Shown piece after piece: positions 48,115-58,910 of a stretch of 64,000 nt of DNA (the stretch's first letter is position 1; the number at the start of each line of letters is the position of its first letter). The DNA lies in assembly GCA_050253075.1 (NCBI GenBank), contig JBFWJS010000004.1:128001-192000 (forward strand), in the 5' to 3' direction. Below the pieces are notes generated by a model. The model searched no databases and was not told the origin of the DNA. It saw only the letters and a program-made list of their open reading frames with translations. The DNA comes from Deferribacterales bacterium (GTDB lineage: Bacteria; Chrysiogenota; Deferribacteres; Deferribacterales; Geovibrionaceae). The translations under genes were made by a program, and so were the position numbers.

Positions 48115-49317
48115 CCCGATGATCTGGTTTATGGCGACGATGGCGAGGATGAGTGTCTGGAGCTGTATGCCCCAGTCGCCGAAATTCGCCCCGATTATCT
48201 TCGCAAAGCCTATGCTGACACCCGCCTGACCTATAAAGCCGAGGAACGAATATTTCTTAATATTATCCCCCTCTCTGATGATCATCCCGCCGATGTAGCA
48301 CCCTGCGAATGTCGCAAATGTCCTGAGTAAGACTATGGCAATGGCAGCCGCCCACATAACCTTCAAAGCGGTGAGGTCAACCACAGTGCCTGCGATGAAA
48401 AAGAATATAAGGTATATTATCCCCGAATTATCCTCGACATTCTTCACCAGTGAATGACCGTATTTCGAGAAGTTGTTAACGCCTATCCCCACAAAGAGGA
48501 AAACCAGCAGCGGATTAAGGTGCAGACTCTTCGCCAGCCATGTCATAGATATGGTGAAAAGGATGATGAAGACACCCTGATTCGCCTTTATATACTGTTT
48601 ATAAGATACGACAACAAGGCTGAGCGCCAGCCCCGCCAGTATCGATAAAAACTCCTCCAGCACAACACCCGTAACGGTGACCTCGCCGTCTGAGCTGTAT
48701 AAAGACAGCACAAAGGCAAAGAGTATGATGATGATAATATCCTTTATGATGGCACTGGTGAGTGTATAGTCCGTCATCTTGCCTTTTGCTTCGGACTCTA
48801 TTATCACGGCGACGGTCGTCGCAGGGGATTTCGCATTTGCTATAACGCTCATGAATATAATGGCTGTCATACCCGCAAAAACTGCATTAGGGAACATATC
48901 CCTGAAAAAGTACAGAAACACAAATACAATGCTGAATGTGATGACTATCTGCGACGCCACAAAGGTGAAAACTTTCCGCAGGTCTATACGGCTGTTGCGG
49001 AAGTGTATCTCTCCCCCTGCCGTCATGGCTATGATGCTGAGAGCAACATCATCTATGAAGCGGAGCTCGCTTATCATATCCGTGGTGAAGACGTTCATCA
49101 CATACGGCCCCAGCAGTATCCCCATGATGAGGAAGCTGGTGATGGTGGGCAGTCCGAACCTGCTGAGCAGTCTGCCCGAAACAAACGCCATGAAAAGCGC
49201 AAAGCCGAAAACCATAAATAGCGATTCAGGGCGAGCGGATATGCCCGACGTCTGTATTATATATAATATTGTAAGTCCTGCCGTCAGAGACAGCGCATCA
49301 ATCAGTTTTTCTTTCAT
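48067..49317 (-). CDS. Cation:proton antiporter
   Basis: LPTITSFLIMGILLGP, SPATTVAVI and GQAGVSIG motifs; polytopic membrane protein. Confidence 0.85.
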   Translation of the reverse strand: MKEKLIDALSLTAGLTILYIIQTSGISARPESLFMVFGFALFMAFVSGRLLSRFGLPTITSFLIMGILLGPYVMNVFTTDMISELRFIDDVALSIIAMTAGGEIHFRNSRIDLRKVFTFVASQIVITFSIVFVFLYFFRDMFPNAVFAGMTAIIFMSVIANAKSPATTVAVIIESEAKGKMTDYTLTSAIIKDIIIIILFAFVLSLYSSDGEVTVTGVVLEEFLSILAGLALSLVVVSYKQYIKANQGVFIILFTISMTWLAKSLHLNPLLVFLFVGIGVNNFSKYGHSLVKNVEDNSGIIYLIFFFIAGTVVDLTALKVMWAAAIAIVLLRTFATFAGCYIGGMIIREGDNIKKYSFLGFIGQAGVSIGFAKIIGANFGDWGIQLQTLILAIVAINQIIGPIGFKWALKKAGEAR

Positions 49318-50410
49318 TTTTCATCATTAAATATGTAGTGATCTCTGTGGCCAAATGCACGAGGAAGAACGGACCGAAAAGCCCCGCAACAGACTCGTAC
49401 CCATGACGTGAGCCAAAGTCAAGGAGCATCACGGCGGGGAGTATCCCCGTGGATACCAGCATTATCAGCTCGCCCTTTGTGGGCATCAGCCTTTCCGCCA
49501 GCACCTTTGCCATTACCATACGCACCAGCATAAAGCAGACGTATATCCCACCTGCGGTTATCACAACCTCAAAGCTGAAGGTGAAGCCGTAAGCCAGCAT
49601 TACACCCAGAGCGACGTAAAAGAATATATAAAGTATGCGCTCGAACGTGATGGACATATTCTGAAAGATGTTGCCGTATTTCGTATCCGAAGTGACAAAC
49701 CCCACGAGGAAGCCGAGCACCAGCGGAGATATCTTATAAAAAACAGCTATCCCCGATATCAGCACCACGAAGAGTATGCTGAGGTTATGCACGCTCTTCT
49801 TCGAGCGTATCTTTCCGTAATGGAGAAATACAGCGGCGAGAGCCAGCGCAGACACAAACGACTTCATAAAATCCACCGGACGGTAGTCCTCCACCCCTGC
49901 GGCAAATGTGTATGCGAGGAGCGTTATCAGGGGGAACAGCGAAGCCGTCAGGTTCGATATAAAGACCTTATCCTTCGGCACACGGAAGAGCTTCATAGTC
50001 AGATTCACCGAATAAGGCATAAGCGTGTTCAAAGCGATGCTCATCATCAGCGGATACCTACACTTCAGATTCAGCAGTACTATGTATAAAAGAGGGATCA
50101 TCACAATGTATATGATGCCCGAGAATATGAAAAATCTGTACGGCACAGTCATCAGCAGCTTTATGCTGAAATGCGTCCCCAATGCCAGCCCCATAAAGGC
50201 AAGGAGCAGATACATTATGCCGTTCATCGTCGTTATTGGTATCGGCAGCTTATCCGTAAGAAAGAAAAGCACAATCCCCACAATAACATACTCAAGCTCT
50301 AGGTTTATCAGATAGCTGAACAGAGACTCACGCTTCTTCTTTCTACTGTAAAGAAGACTGGCGGTGAAAAGGAATACAAAAAATATTATAAGTGTCTCTA
50401 TCTCGCTCAT
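49298..50410 (-). CDS. Polytopic membrane protein (divergent antiporter-like partner)
   Basis: Highly hydrophobic 370-aa ORF overlapping the antiporter gene. Confidence 0.65.
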   Translation of the reverse strand: MSEIETLIIFFVFLFTASLLYSRKKKRESLFSYLINLELEYVIVGIVLFFLTDKLPIPITTMNGIMYLLLAFMGLALGTHFSIKLLMTVPYRFFIFSGIIYIVMIPLLYIVLLNLKCRYPLMMSIALNTLMPYSVNLTMKLFRVPKDKVFISNLTASLFPLITLLAYTFAAGVEDYRPVDFMKSFVSALALAAVFLHYGKIRSKKSVHNLSILFVVLISGIAVFYKISPLVLGFLVGFVTSDTKYGNIFQNMSITFERILYIFFYVALGVMLAYGFTFSFEVVITAGGIYVCFMLVRMVMAKVLAERLMPTKGELIMLVSTGILPAVMLLDFGSRHGYESVAGLFGPFFLVHLATEITTYLMMKNERKTD

Positions 50411-50457
50411 TAAGACATTCTACAGTAACTTTTAAACCTCTGCTACTAATTAACAAC

Positions 50458-51066
50458 CTATCCAAAAGCAAGGAACACCCCAAGGGTGATAATGACGAAT
50501 CCCGACATCTGTTCGATGCGGTATGTATATGCATTCAGCATCCCCTTTATCTTTTTATTCCCCACGGAAAAGGCAATGAACATATCCCAGAAAAGTACGG
50601 CGGAGAACATCCATAAACCGTAAAGAAACTGTATGTGCACCCCTGTGGTTCGGCTGATGAAGAGACTGTAGAGGCTGAGATAGAATATCGGATTCTTCGG
50701 ATTCAGTATCGCAGACATAAAGCCCGTCATGAACAGCTTCCCTGCCGAGTCTCTCATCTGCACGGCATCTGCACCGATAAATAACTCCCTTTTGCTCGAG
50801 CGCAAAAGCATAAAGCCGATATAGCAGAGGAATGCCGCTCCGCCCACCTTCATAACCGTCAGCAGCCATGTGTGCTCCCGCACGACGGAAAAGCCCACCA
50901 GGGCAAATATGATATAGACACCGTTTGCGACGGCTATGCCGAGACATGTGAAAAAGGCTCTGGCGGAACCGTTCCGCAAAGACATGGATATAATGATGAA
51001 AAAGTCGGGCCCCGGACTGATAAGTGCGAGAAAATGTGCAAGCGCAACCGCTATGAATTCTGCCAT
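50458..51066 (-). CDS. LysE/RhtB family translocator
   Basis: SPGPDF and LNPKN motifs. Confidence 0.9.
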   Translation of the reverse strand: MAEFIAVALAHFLALISPGPDFFIIISMSLRNGSARAFFTCLGIAVANGVYIIFALVGFSVVREHTWLLTVMKVGGAAFLCYIGFMLLRSSKRELFIGADAVQMRDSAGKLFMTGFMSAILNPKNPIFYLSLYSLFISRTTGVHIQFLYGLWMFSAVLFWDMFIAFSVGNKKIKGMLNAYTYRIEQMSGFVIITLGVFLAFG

Positions 51067-51120
51067 GTGCATCCTCCTGATGAGTGAAGATGCCCGAAAG
51101 GCGTTTAAAAATATTGTATA

Positions 51121-51915
51121 TTATTGACGATATTCGCCCGGAGTCGCCGCTGTTATCTTTTTAAATATGCGGTGAAAGTGGCTCTGGTCTGTGAATCCGG
51201 TGTCTGCGGCGGTGTCTGCTATGGACTTTCCGCTTTTCAGCATGTCTTTTGCCCGCTCTATGCGGATGTTCATCTGATATGCGTGGGGAGGCAGTCCATA
51301 TGTGTTGCGGAAACAGCGTAAAAGGTGAAATCTGTTCTGCCTGAATTTATCCGCCAGCTCTTCCAGAGTTATATTTTCAAATGGGTTTTCCTCGATGTAT
51401 TCCGCCACTTCTTTCAGGATTACGGACGGTATCTCGTCCAGAGGCTTTTCCGTGCAGTATTTTTCGAATATCCTAGTGACTATGCGTATCAGCTCGTATT
51501 CGCCGTCGTAATATTCCTCTTCATCCATTACGGCACGGCAGTAATTACAGAAATCGCCGAAGAGCTCCTCGTCTGTGACACATCCAGACACAAGGGGGAC
51601 AAAGCTATCCGAGCCGAACATCTCTCTCTGCATGTCCTCGCACCATTTCACATCCAGATGCATCATCCAGTATGACCTGCTCTTCTTATTTATAGGGTTA
51701 CAGCTATGTGGGTCGTTCGGGTTAAAAAAAACGAGCATACCCGCAGAGACGACACTATCCTCTCCGCAGCAGTTCATCACTGTTTCCCCGCCGTCCACTG
51801 CGCCGATGGAGAGGTATTCCACATGAGAGTGCGATTTATACGGCACATTGCTCATGTCCGTTCTGCGTATTTCCATATGCGGGAGCTTTTCGCTCCGCCA
51901 GAAGTTATTGCTCAT
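51121..51915 (-). CDS. AraC family transcriptional regulator
   Basis: Cupin HSH, GLPPHAYQ and GFTDQSHFHRIFK..TPGEY motifs. Confidence 0.93.
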   Translation of the reverse strand: MSNNFWRSEKLPHMEIRRTDMSNVPYKSHSHVEYLSIGAVDGGETVMNCCGEDSVVSAGMLVFFNPNDPHSCNPINKKSRSYWMMHLDVKWCEDMQREMFGSDSFVPLVSGCVTDEELFGDFCNYCRAVMDEEEYYDGEYELIRIVTRIFEKYCTEKPLDEIPSVILKEVAEYIEENPFENITLEELADKFRQNRFHLLRCFRNTYGLPPHAYQMNIRIERAKDMLKSGKSIADTAADTGFTDQSHFHRIFKKITAATPGEYRQ

Positions 51916-51916
51916 A

Positions 51917-53830
51917 TTATGATTTCAGCAGACCGCCCATCTTAGTTATATCTTTATCACTGCCCATCACGAGCAGTTCGTCACGCTCTATTATAGTAAA
52001 GTCGCACGGAGGATTGCTCATCACCTTTGCGCCTCTGGTGACAGACAGCACCGTCACGCCGTGCTTATAGCGCAGGTCGAGTGTACGGAGGTTTTTACCT
52101 GTTATCTTCGAGCCCACGGGCACGGTTATCCTGCGTACCTCCACGCCTGAGAGCGCATTGCCCATATCTTTCACGCCTGATTCCTCATAGCGCCCCATCA
52201 CCTCTGCCACCAGCTTATTGGCCGATTCTATCTCTTCGGAAATTACGGCATTTGCGCCCAGCTTTTTCAGCGGAGCCAGCTCCAGAGCATATCTGGTACG
52301 TGCCACGATGTGTATGTACGGGTGTTCCTTTCTGGCGGTTTCGACTATCTTTCTCACTGCCACAGGGTCGGGCACGGTTATGGCTATCGCACGGGCAGAG
52401 TCGAGGTGTGCGTGTTCCAGCACCTCTATGCTCGATGCGTCTCCGTACATTATATCTGTCCCTTTTGCGTGTTCGTTCTTCACCGTTTCGGGGTTCATCT
52501 CTATTGCGATGAACTTCACCCCTTCCTTACGGCAGGATGCCGCTAGCCTGCGCCCTGCGAGTCCGTAGCCCACTATCACTATATGATCTTCGAAAACAGT
52601 AGCGGGACGTGTCACTATGCTCTGTGTACCTTCACGGAGCTGTTCAGATACGGGGAGCTTTAAGACCAGCGCAGCCACCTTGTCTCCGTAGCGTATCATG
52701 AAGGGGGCGACAGCCATCGTAAGCACTATCACAGCCACTGCGAATTTATAATGGTCGTCTGTGAGCACACCTGCGTTCACGCCTGTTTTCGCCATGATGA
52801 ATGAGAATTCTCCCACCTGACCAAGGGCGAGACCAGTCACCACGGCGGTCTTCAGCGGATATTTCAATATCAGTATCGACAGAGCCGAGAGTACGGATTT
52901 ACCAAACAGTATCAAAAGGGCAGTGCATACGATCAGTGTCGGATACGCCGCATATATCTGAAAATCTATCAGCATGCCGATAGAAACAAAGAAGAATCCT
53001 GTGAAAATATCCTTGAAAGGGATAACGCTGGAAAGAGCCTGCTGACCATAGCCCGACTCGCTCACCATGATGCCCGCAAGGAATGCTCCGAGCGCAAGGG
53101 ACAGCCCCGCCTTGTATGTCAGCGATGCAGTGCCCAGCCCCGCCAGTACCACGACAAGGAGGAAGAGCTCACGGTTTTTCGAAGCGGCTACATAATACAA
53201 CACCTTCGGCACGAGGGTACGTGCGCCTATAAAAACTGCTGCAACTATCACAACAGCCTTCAGCCCGGTGAAGCCTAGCTCAGCATAAACATTGCCCCCC
53301 TGACCGGCCATAACAGGGATAGCGAGCATCATCGGAATAACTGCTATATCCTGAAATATCAGCACGGCCGTGGAGAGGCGTCCGTGGGGAGAGTCTGTCT
53401 CACCCCTGCCCGCCAGCACCTTCAGCACTATGGCAGTGGAAGAGAGCGAAACCATCATACCCGATATCACCGCAAGGGAGAGGTTGTTATCTGAAAGATA
53501 ATAGACCACCCCGCCTGTGACTATACCCGTGGCAAAGACCTGAAAGCCTCCGCCGAGCAGAGCGGGCTTCTTCAAAGCTAACAGATGCGAAAGTGAAAAT
53601 TCGAGCCCCACCGCAAAAAGGAGAAGGACAACGCCTATCTCCGCCATCATCTCTACCTCGTGCAGAGCGTGTATCACCGAGAGCCCGTTCGGCCCGAGTA
53701 GTACGCCTGTAATAAGGTAGCCAAGTATCTCAGGCACGTTCAGCCTGGAACATATAGCGAGAGAAACGGCAGCAGTAGCAAATATTACTGTAATATCAGC
53801 CAAAATAGGTATTTCCATATCCACATCCAT
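51917..53830 (-). CDS. CPA2 (Kef-type) K+/H+ antiporter with TrkA-N and TrkA-C domains
   Basis: AEIGVVLLLFAVGLE, FQDIAV, GEFSF and IVGYGLAG motifs; start may be 53818. Confidence 0.9.
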   Translation of the reverse strand: MDVDMEIPILADITVIFATAAVSLAICSRLNVPEILGYLITGVLLGPNGLSVIHALHEVEMMAEIGVVLLLFAVGLEFSLSHLLALKKPALLGGGFQVFATGIVTGGVVYYLSDNNLSLAVISGMMVSLSSTAIVLKVLAGRGETDSPHGRLSTAVLIFQDIAVIPMMLAIPVMAGQGGNVYAELGFTGLKAVVIVAAVFIGARTLVPKVLYYVAASKNRELFLLVVVLAGLGTASLTYKAGLSLALGAFLAGIMVSESGYGQQALSSVIPFKDIFTGFFFVSIGMLIDFQIYAAYPTLIVCTALLILFGKSVLSALSILILKYPLKTAVVTGLALGQVGEFSFIMAKTGVNAGVLTDDHYKFAVAVIVLTMAVAPFMIRYGDKVAALVLKLPVSEQLREGTQSIVTRPATVFEDHIVIVGYGLAGRRLAASCRKEGVKFIAIEMNPETVKNEHAKGTDIMYGDASSIEVLEHAHLDSARAIAITVPDPVAVRKIVETARKEHPYIHIVARTRYALELAPLKKLGANAVISEEIESANKLVAEVMGRYEESGVKDMGNALSGVEVRRITVPVGSKITGKNLRTLDLRYKHGVTVLSVTRGAKVMSNPPCDFTIIERDELLVMGSDKDITKMGGLLKS

Positions 53831-53907
53831 CAGAATAATTTTTATTGATAGAATATCAGGCTTTTGATCTTATGTAAAATACTGTATATCTATCTATGAG
53901 GGAATTT

Positions 53908-54387
53908 ATGAAGATAAAGACCGGCATCGGATTCGACGCACACAGATTTAAGGCGGACAGAGATATGATCATCGGCGGGGTGAAGATCGACGCTCCTTAC
54001 GGGCTCGACGGACACAGCGATGCCGATGTGCTCATACACGCCGTAATAGACGCCCTTGCGGGGCCTTCCCTCGGCAGAGATATCGGAAATCTATTCCCCG
54101 ACACTGACGATAAATATAAGGGTATCGACTCAAAGATACTTTTGAAAGACGCCGTAAAGCTCATCCGAGAAGCCGGCTACGACATATCAAATATAGATGC
54201 GCAGATAATAGCCCAGAAACCGAAGATGGCGAAATACATCCCCGAAATGCGTAAAATCATGGCTGAGATAATAGGCATCGAATTCGACGACATCACTGTC
54301 AAAGCCACCACCACAGAAAAAATGGGCTTTACAGGCAGAGGCGAAGGTATCGCAGCTCTCGCAACTTGCACGCTAATCAAACCTTAA
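53908..54387 (+). CDS. ispF: 2-C-methyl-D-erythritol 2,4-cyclodiphosphate synthase
   Basis: GIGFDAH, GHSDADV and KATTTEKMGFTGRGEG motifs. Confidence 0.96.
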   Translation: MKIKTGIGFDAHRFKADRDMIIGGVKIDAPYGLDGHSDADVLIHAVIDALAGPSLGRDIGNLFPDTDDKYKGIDSKILLKDAVKLIREAGYDISNIDAQIIAQKPKMAKYIPEMRKIMAEIIGIEFDDITVKATTTEKMGFTGRGEGIAALATCTLIKP

Positions 54388-54620
54388 CAGCACACAATAG
54401 TATTGTAATGAGACTCCTACGCTGACATATGTCAGCTCAGAGTGACGCATAAACACACACAAGGTGCAAGGACGCACCTCACGCAGTGAAAGCGAGGCAG
54501 ATCACACATGGGTTTGTGTTCAGAAGCGAGTAGTTCTAGGCGGCTTTTAATATAAATTTTCTGAGCATACATAGAGTATGTGATGAAAATTTTATTAAAA
54601 ACAACGAAGAAATACGAAGG

Positions 54621-54827
54621 TTATGCTAGGAGATCGATGTTAGAACCTGTGGGGTTCCCGGCCTGCGCCTTATTAACGTCTCCGCCCTCTAAAAGGCTGA
54701 GTACTGATCTCCCTGTCTGTTCCTGAACATCCAGAGCATTTTTCATAACCTTTACACTGGCTTCATACTGTGTTTTCTCAGCTTTCATTGCTGATATGTC
54801 GTTCACGAGTCCTGTCATAAGGTCCAT
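54621..54827 (-). CDS. Small YjfB-like (putative motility) protein
   Basis: SVKVMKNALDVQEQ...GSNIDLLA pattern; AGGAG RBS. Confidence 0.6.
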   Translation of the reverse strand: MDLMTGLVNDISAMKAEKTQYEASVKVMKNALDVQEQTGRSVLSLLEGGDVNKAQAGNPTGSNIDLLA

Positions 54828-55036
54828 AGTATATTCTCCTTAATCGTATAATCGGCAGTCTGCCGAAAACTTTAAATAAAAAATAAAAAAAATGATTTAA
54901 TTTCACTAAACACTGTTTAATTTTATGAAAAAATAGTGTATGGTTGAAAACTTTCCCGATGAGATAATCAGCGAAAGTTAAAATTTGAACTACAAGTTAT
55001 AATGTTAACTGAAGATAAGTTTTTTTTGGAGGTTTT

Positions 55037-56155
55037 ATGAAAAAGTTACTCATGCTCATCATTATCACAGCTTTTGCCTGCAGCGCATACGCTGAGATCA
55101 GGCTCGGAGCTCTCTTTGCCGTTACAGGCGGAGCCAGCTTCCTCGGAGATCCTGAAAAAAGGACTCTTGAAATGCTGGTGGATGAAGCAAACGCCGCCGG
55201 AGGCATCAACGGAGAGAAGATAAAGCTCTTCCTCTATGATACTCAGGGACGTGAAGACAGAGCGATCAACTACCTGAACAGGCTCGCACAGAAAGATAAG
55301 GTACTCGCCATCATCGGACCTTCCACAACAGGCGAATCCCTCGCTGTAAAAGACCGTGCGGCATCTTTCAAAGTTCCGCTCATATCCTGCGCAGCATCTG
55401 CAAAGATCGTGACACCTGCCAACGTGTTCGTATATAAGACACCTCAGTCTGACGTACACATCGTGGAGCGTCTTTTCAGCTACCTCCAGTCACAGGGGAA
55501 AAAGACCGTGGCACTCATCTCCGTACAGAACGGTTTCGGCCAGACAGGACGTGACGCAGTGCTCGAAACAGCCCCTAAATACGGCATAGAGGTTGTCGCA
55601 GACGAAAAATACATGGACAAAGACAAGGACGTAACCGTTCAGCTTTCAAAAATAAAAGATACTAACGCAGACGCTGTACTCTGCTGGGCTGCGGGCGGTT
55701 CACCTGCCATCGTAGCCAGAAACGCAGCACAGCTCGGCATCACAAATATGTATATGTCACACGGTGTTGCATCACCTAAATTCATACAGCTCGCAGGGGA
55801 TGCGGCAAACGGCATAAAGCTCGCAGCAGGCCGTATCGTCGTAACCGATAAACTCGACGAAGGCGACAGATACAAAGCTCTCCTGACAAAATATACTCAG
55901 GACTATGAAAAAACAACGAGCAACCCTGTGTCTCAGTTCGGCGGGTATGCATACGACGGCTTCGAACTCTTCAAAGCCGCATACGCCACAGCAGGCAACG
56001 ACAGAGTTAAACTGGCGGAAGCACTGCAGGAGCTGAAAGGAATAGTATCCGTAACAGGCGAGTTCAACATGACAGAAGACGACCACAACGGTCTTTCAAA
56101 AGAAGCAGCGATCATGCTCGAGATCAAAGACGGACAGTTCCAGCCGCTTAAATAA
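55037..56155 (+). CDS. Branched-chain amino acid-type ABC substrate-binding protein
   Basis: Signal peptide, TGGASFLG and NAAGGINGEKI motifs. Confidence 0.9.
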   Translation: MKKLLMLIIITAFACSAYAEIRLGALFAVTGGASFLGDPEKRTLEMLVDEANAAGGINGEKIKLFLYDTQGREDRAINYLNRLAQKDKVLAIIGPSTTGESLAVKDRAASFKVPLISCAASAKIVTPANVFVYKTPQSDVHIVERLFSYLQSQGKKTVALISVQNGFGQTGRDAVLETAPKYGIEVVADEKYMDKDKDVTVQLSKIKDTNADAVLCWAAGGSPAIVARNAAQLGITNMYMSHGVASPKFIQLAGDAANGIKLAAGRIVVTDKLDEGDRYKALLTKYTQDYEKTTSNPVSQFGGYAYDGFELFKAAYATAGNDRVKLAEALQELKGIVSVTGEFNMTEDDHNGLSKEAAIMLEIKDGQFQPLK

Positions 56156-56178
56156 GCATCAATTTGTTCACTATAGAT

Positions 56179-56207
56179 AAAAGCAGGCGCAAAAACGCCT
56201 GCTTTTT
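56179..56207 (+). terminator. Intrinsic terminator
   Basis: AAAAGCAGGCG-caaaaa-CGCCTGCTTTT. Confidence 0.8.
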
Positions 56208-56419
56208 CAATTTAACACTGTTTAGTCTGATTATACTTTCAGCCTTTAAATAAAATAATTCTCTCTCTGTGATACCTATTAATAGCTGATAAAATAGTTT
56301 ACACACAAAATTAATTGTATACTCTAATCAAAAAAGATATAGAATTTAACTTTTCAACACACACCTCTTGGTGTATAACTAATGCTAACCATATTAAGAT
56401 TCGTACTTATGGAGTTGTT

Positions 56420-57538
56420 ATGAAAAAGTTACTTCTTGTTGCGCTTATGCTGTGCTTTTCCCTTACAGCATTTGCTGAAATCAGACTTGGCGGGCTTTTC
56501 TCTGTTACCGGCCCTGCCAGCTTTCTGGGAAACCCTGAGAAACTTACAGCCGAGATGCTCGTAGACGAGATAAACGCCGCAGGCGGCATCAACGGCGAAA
56601 AGATCAAACTCTTCGTTTACGACACACAAGGACGCGAAGACAGAGCCATCTCTTACTTCAAAAGACTGGTGACAAAAGATAAGGTAATTGCTGTCCTCGG
56701 GCCTAGCCGTACAGGATGCGCACTCGCCATCAAAGACCTCGCAATCAAATTTAAAGTTCCTCTCATCGCATGCGCAGCCAGCGCAAAAATCGTCGAGCCT
56801 TCCACTCCTTATGTATATAAGACACCTCAGTCTGACATACACGTAGCAGAGAAGCTCTTCGACTATCTCAAAAGCCACGGCAAAACAAACGTAGCACTCA
56901 TCTCTGCTTCCAGCGGATACGGCGCTACAGGGCGTGATGCTGTCCTTGAGAACGCTGAGAGATTCGGCATAAATATCATAGCTGACGAAAAATTCATGGA
57001 CACAGATAAGGAAATGACTGCTCAGCTTTCAAAGATAAAATCTAAGAACCCTGATGCTATCATCTGCTGGGCTGCGGGCGCTGCCCCTGCCATCGTCGCC
57101 AGAAACGCTCAGGCGCTCGGCATCGACAATCTTTACATGACACAAGGCATCGCATCCAAAAAGTTCATAGAGCTCGCGGGAGACGCTGCTAACGGCGTGA
57201 AGCTCACAGCGGGCAGACTCATTGTGGCAGATAAACTTTCCGATGACGACAGATTCAAGCCTATGCTTATGAAATATAAAACAGACTACGAGACAAAATT
57301 CGGGACAGCAGTATCTGTCTTCGGCGGACACGCTTACGATGCTTTCGGTCTCTTCGCCGCTGCATATGCTAAATCCGGAAACGACTCTGAAAAGCTCGCT
57401 CAGGCTCTTCAGCAGGTGAAAGGATATATGGGAACAGCGGGTGAGTTCAACATGACAGAAGACGACCACACAGGTCTCTCAATGGACTCATTCATCATTG
57501 CCGAGATAAAGAATGGAGAATTTGTTCCTGCGGAATAA
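56420..57538 (+). CDS. Branched-chain amino acid-type ABC substrate-binding protein (tandem paralog)
   Basis: Collinear and highly similar to 55037..56155. Confidence 0.9.
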   Translation: MKKLLLVALMLCFSLTAFAEIRLGGLFSVTGPASFLGNPEKLTAEMLVDEINAAGGINGEKIKLFVYDTQGREDRAISYFKRLVTKDKVIAVLGPSRTGCALAIKDLAIKFKVPLIACAASAKIVEPSTPYVYKTPQSDIHVAEKLFDYLKSHGKTNVALISASSGYGATGRDAVLENAERFGINIIADEKFMDTDKEMTAQLSKIKSKNPDAIICWAAGAAPAIVARNAQALGIDNLYMTQGIASKKFIELAGDAANGVKLTAGRLIVADKLSDDDRFKPMLMKYKTDYETKFGTAVSVFGGHAYDAFGLFAAAYAKSGNDSEKLAQALQQVKGYMGTAGEFNMTEDDHTGLSMDSFIIAEIKNGEFVPAE

Positions 57539-57546
57539 GTTTTTTG

Positions 57547-57575
57547 TTGACTGACTATAAAAGATAGGGTATAAA
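57547..57575 (+). promoter_or_regulatory. Sigma70 promoter of tRNA-Met
   Basis: TTGACT-N17-TATAAA. Confidence 0.65.
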
Positions 57576-57587
57576 ATCATCCCTGTC

Positions 57588-57661
57588 GGCGGTGTAGCTC
57601 AGGTGGTTAGAGCATGCGGCTCATATCCGCAGTGTCCGGGGTTCAAGTCCCTGCACCGCCA
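57588..57661 (+). tRNA. tRNA-Met(CAT), probably elongator; CCA not encoded
   Basis: GGCGGTG/CACCGCC acceptor stem, CTCATAT loop, GGTTCAAGTCC T-arm. Confidence 0.92.
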
Positions 57662-57672
57662 TATGATGAGAG

Positions 57673-57705
57673 AAAGGGGTTCAGATTTATCTGAGCCCCT
57701 TTTTT
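57673..57705. terminator. Terminator after tRNA-Met
   Basis: AAAGGGGTTCAGAT-tt-ATCTGAGCCCCTTT followed by a T run. Confidence 0.8.
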
Positions 57706-57714
57706 ATTGTCTGA

Positions 57715-58797
57715 TTAATTATCTCTGACACATTTAGCCGACGGAACAGTCGTCGTAAATGCATTCAGCGCTGTAACATTGCCTTCCACAGGAAATGTTG
57801 AAAAGAAATACGTTACATTCTGCGCACTTGCACCAATGACGAATTCATTGTAAAACCAGTCATTATCAGTATCATTCCCTGAAACTGAAGTCGGCATAAG
57901 GATTGTATTTCCGCTGAAATCAACTGTCACAGCACCAGGTTCTGCCACAGAAGTATCCTGCACGGAAGAAGACCAATAGTTTTCCATACCATCATTCACA
58001 AAAACACCATACATTCCGGTATTTTCAGCATCGAGTATGCTTTTCAGCTCACGCACATTTGGAAGCCTCCAGTCTGAATAGCCACCCAGATCAAGATTTT
58101 CGCAATAGTTCACAGCATCTGCAAAGAGTATGTTTTCTGAGGCTGCATCGGCATTATCCTGCCACATAAGTCCTGTCTCGTCGGAATAAACTATTTCTGA
58201 TGATGATATGCGGGTATAAGAGATATCTACATCATTGCCTTTACGAACGCATCTCGCAGGCATTTCAGTTGTTTTAGCAGCAATTGTATCTGACAAACCT
58301 GCCATATTCATGAACTGAAACCTAGCTGTACCTGCACCTGTATAAACCCATGCTGTATTATCCACAGACTCTGTAGCCGTCCATGAAGATGAAAGGTTTT
58401 CAAACGCCCCTGCAAGAGAATGCAGGCCGTAATCTAGTGCAGACTCAAACTCGTCTATCTCAGGAAGACGCCAGTCGCTGTATCCTGCATAAACTAAATT
58501 GTCACAATATCCTACTGCTCCGACCCATGTGTATTTTACATTGCTGGTATTACTGCTGTCCTGCCACATGAAACCGTTCAGATCGTCTTTGACGACACCG
58601 TCGGCAGCGTCCCTTACAAACTGGCTGTCTTCGCCTTTCCGGTAGTAGCCGTCGTCATAGTTTATGTATGATGACGTAATACCTGTCTTAGTCAGTTTGA
58701 ATTCAGCATTCTTATAAACTGCGTCATCCTCGCCCCCGCATGCCGTGAGAAGGATCGAAAAAGAAATGCCCAATACACACATCAATAATTTCCTCAT
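57715..58797 (-). CDS. DUF1566 (Lcl-type) domain lipoprotein
   Basis: Lipobox LTAC; two xMWQD...A..YC.NL...GYSDWRLP...E repeats. Confidence 0.85.
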   Translation of the reverse strand: MRKLLMCVLGISFSILLTACGGEDDAVYKNAEFKLTKTGITSSYINYDDGYYRKGEDSQFVRDAADGVVKDDLNGFMWQDSSNTSNVKYTWVGAVGYCDNLVYAGYSDWRLPEIDEFESALDYGLHSLAGAFENLSSSWTATESVDNTAWVYTGAGTARFQFMNMAGLSDTIAAKTTEMPARCVRKGNDVDISYTRISSSEIVYSDETGLMWQDNADAASENILFADAVNYCENLDLGGYSDWRLPNVRELKSILDAENTGMYGVFVNDGMENYWSSSVQDTSVAEPGAVTVDFSGNTILMPTSVSGNDTDNDWFYNEFVIGASAQNVTYFFSTFPVEGNVTALNAFTTTVPSAKCVRDN

Positions 58798-58910
58798 AAA
58801 CCTCTCCATATTCTGTTATTTACCTAATAATAAAAATAATTATTATATTACTTTCTATTCTAACAGACAAAAATAATTACACAAGGTTCATTAAGTGTGA
58901 ATTATCCCTA

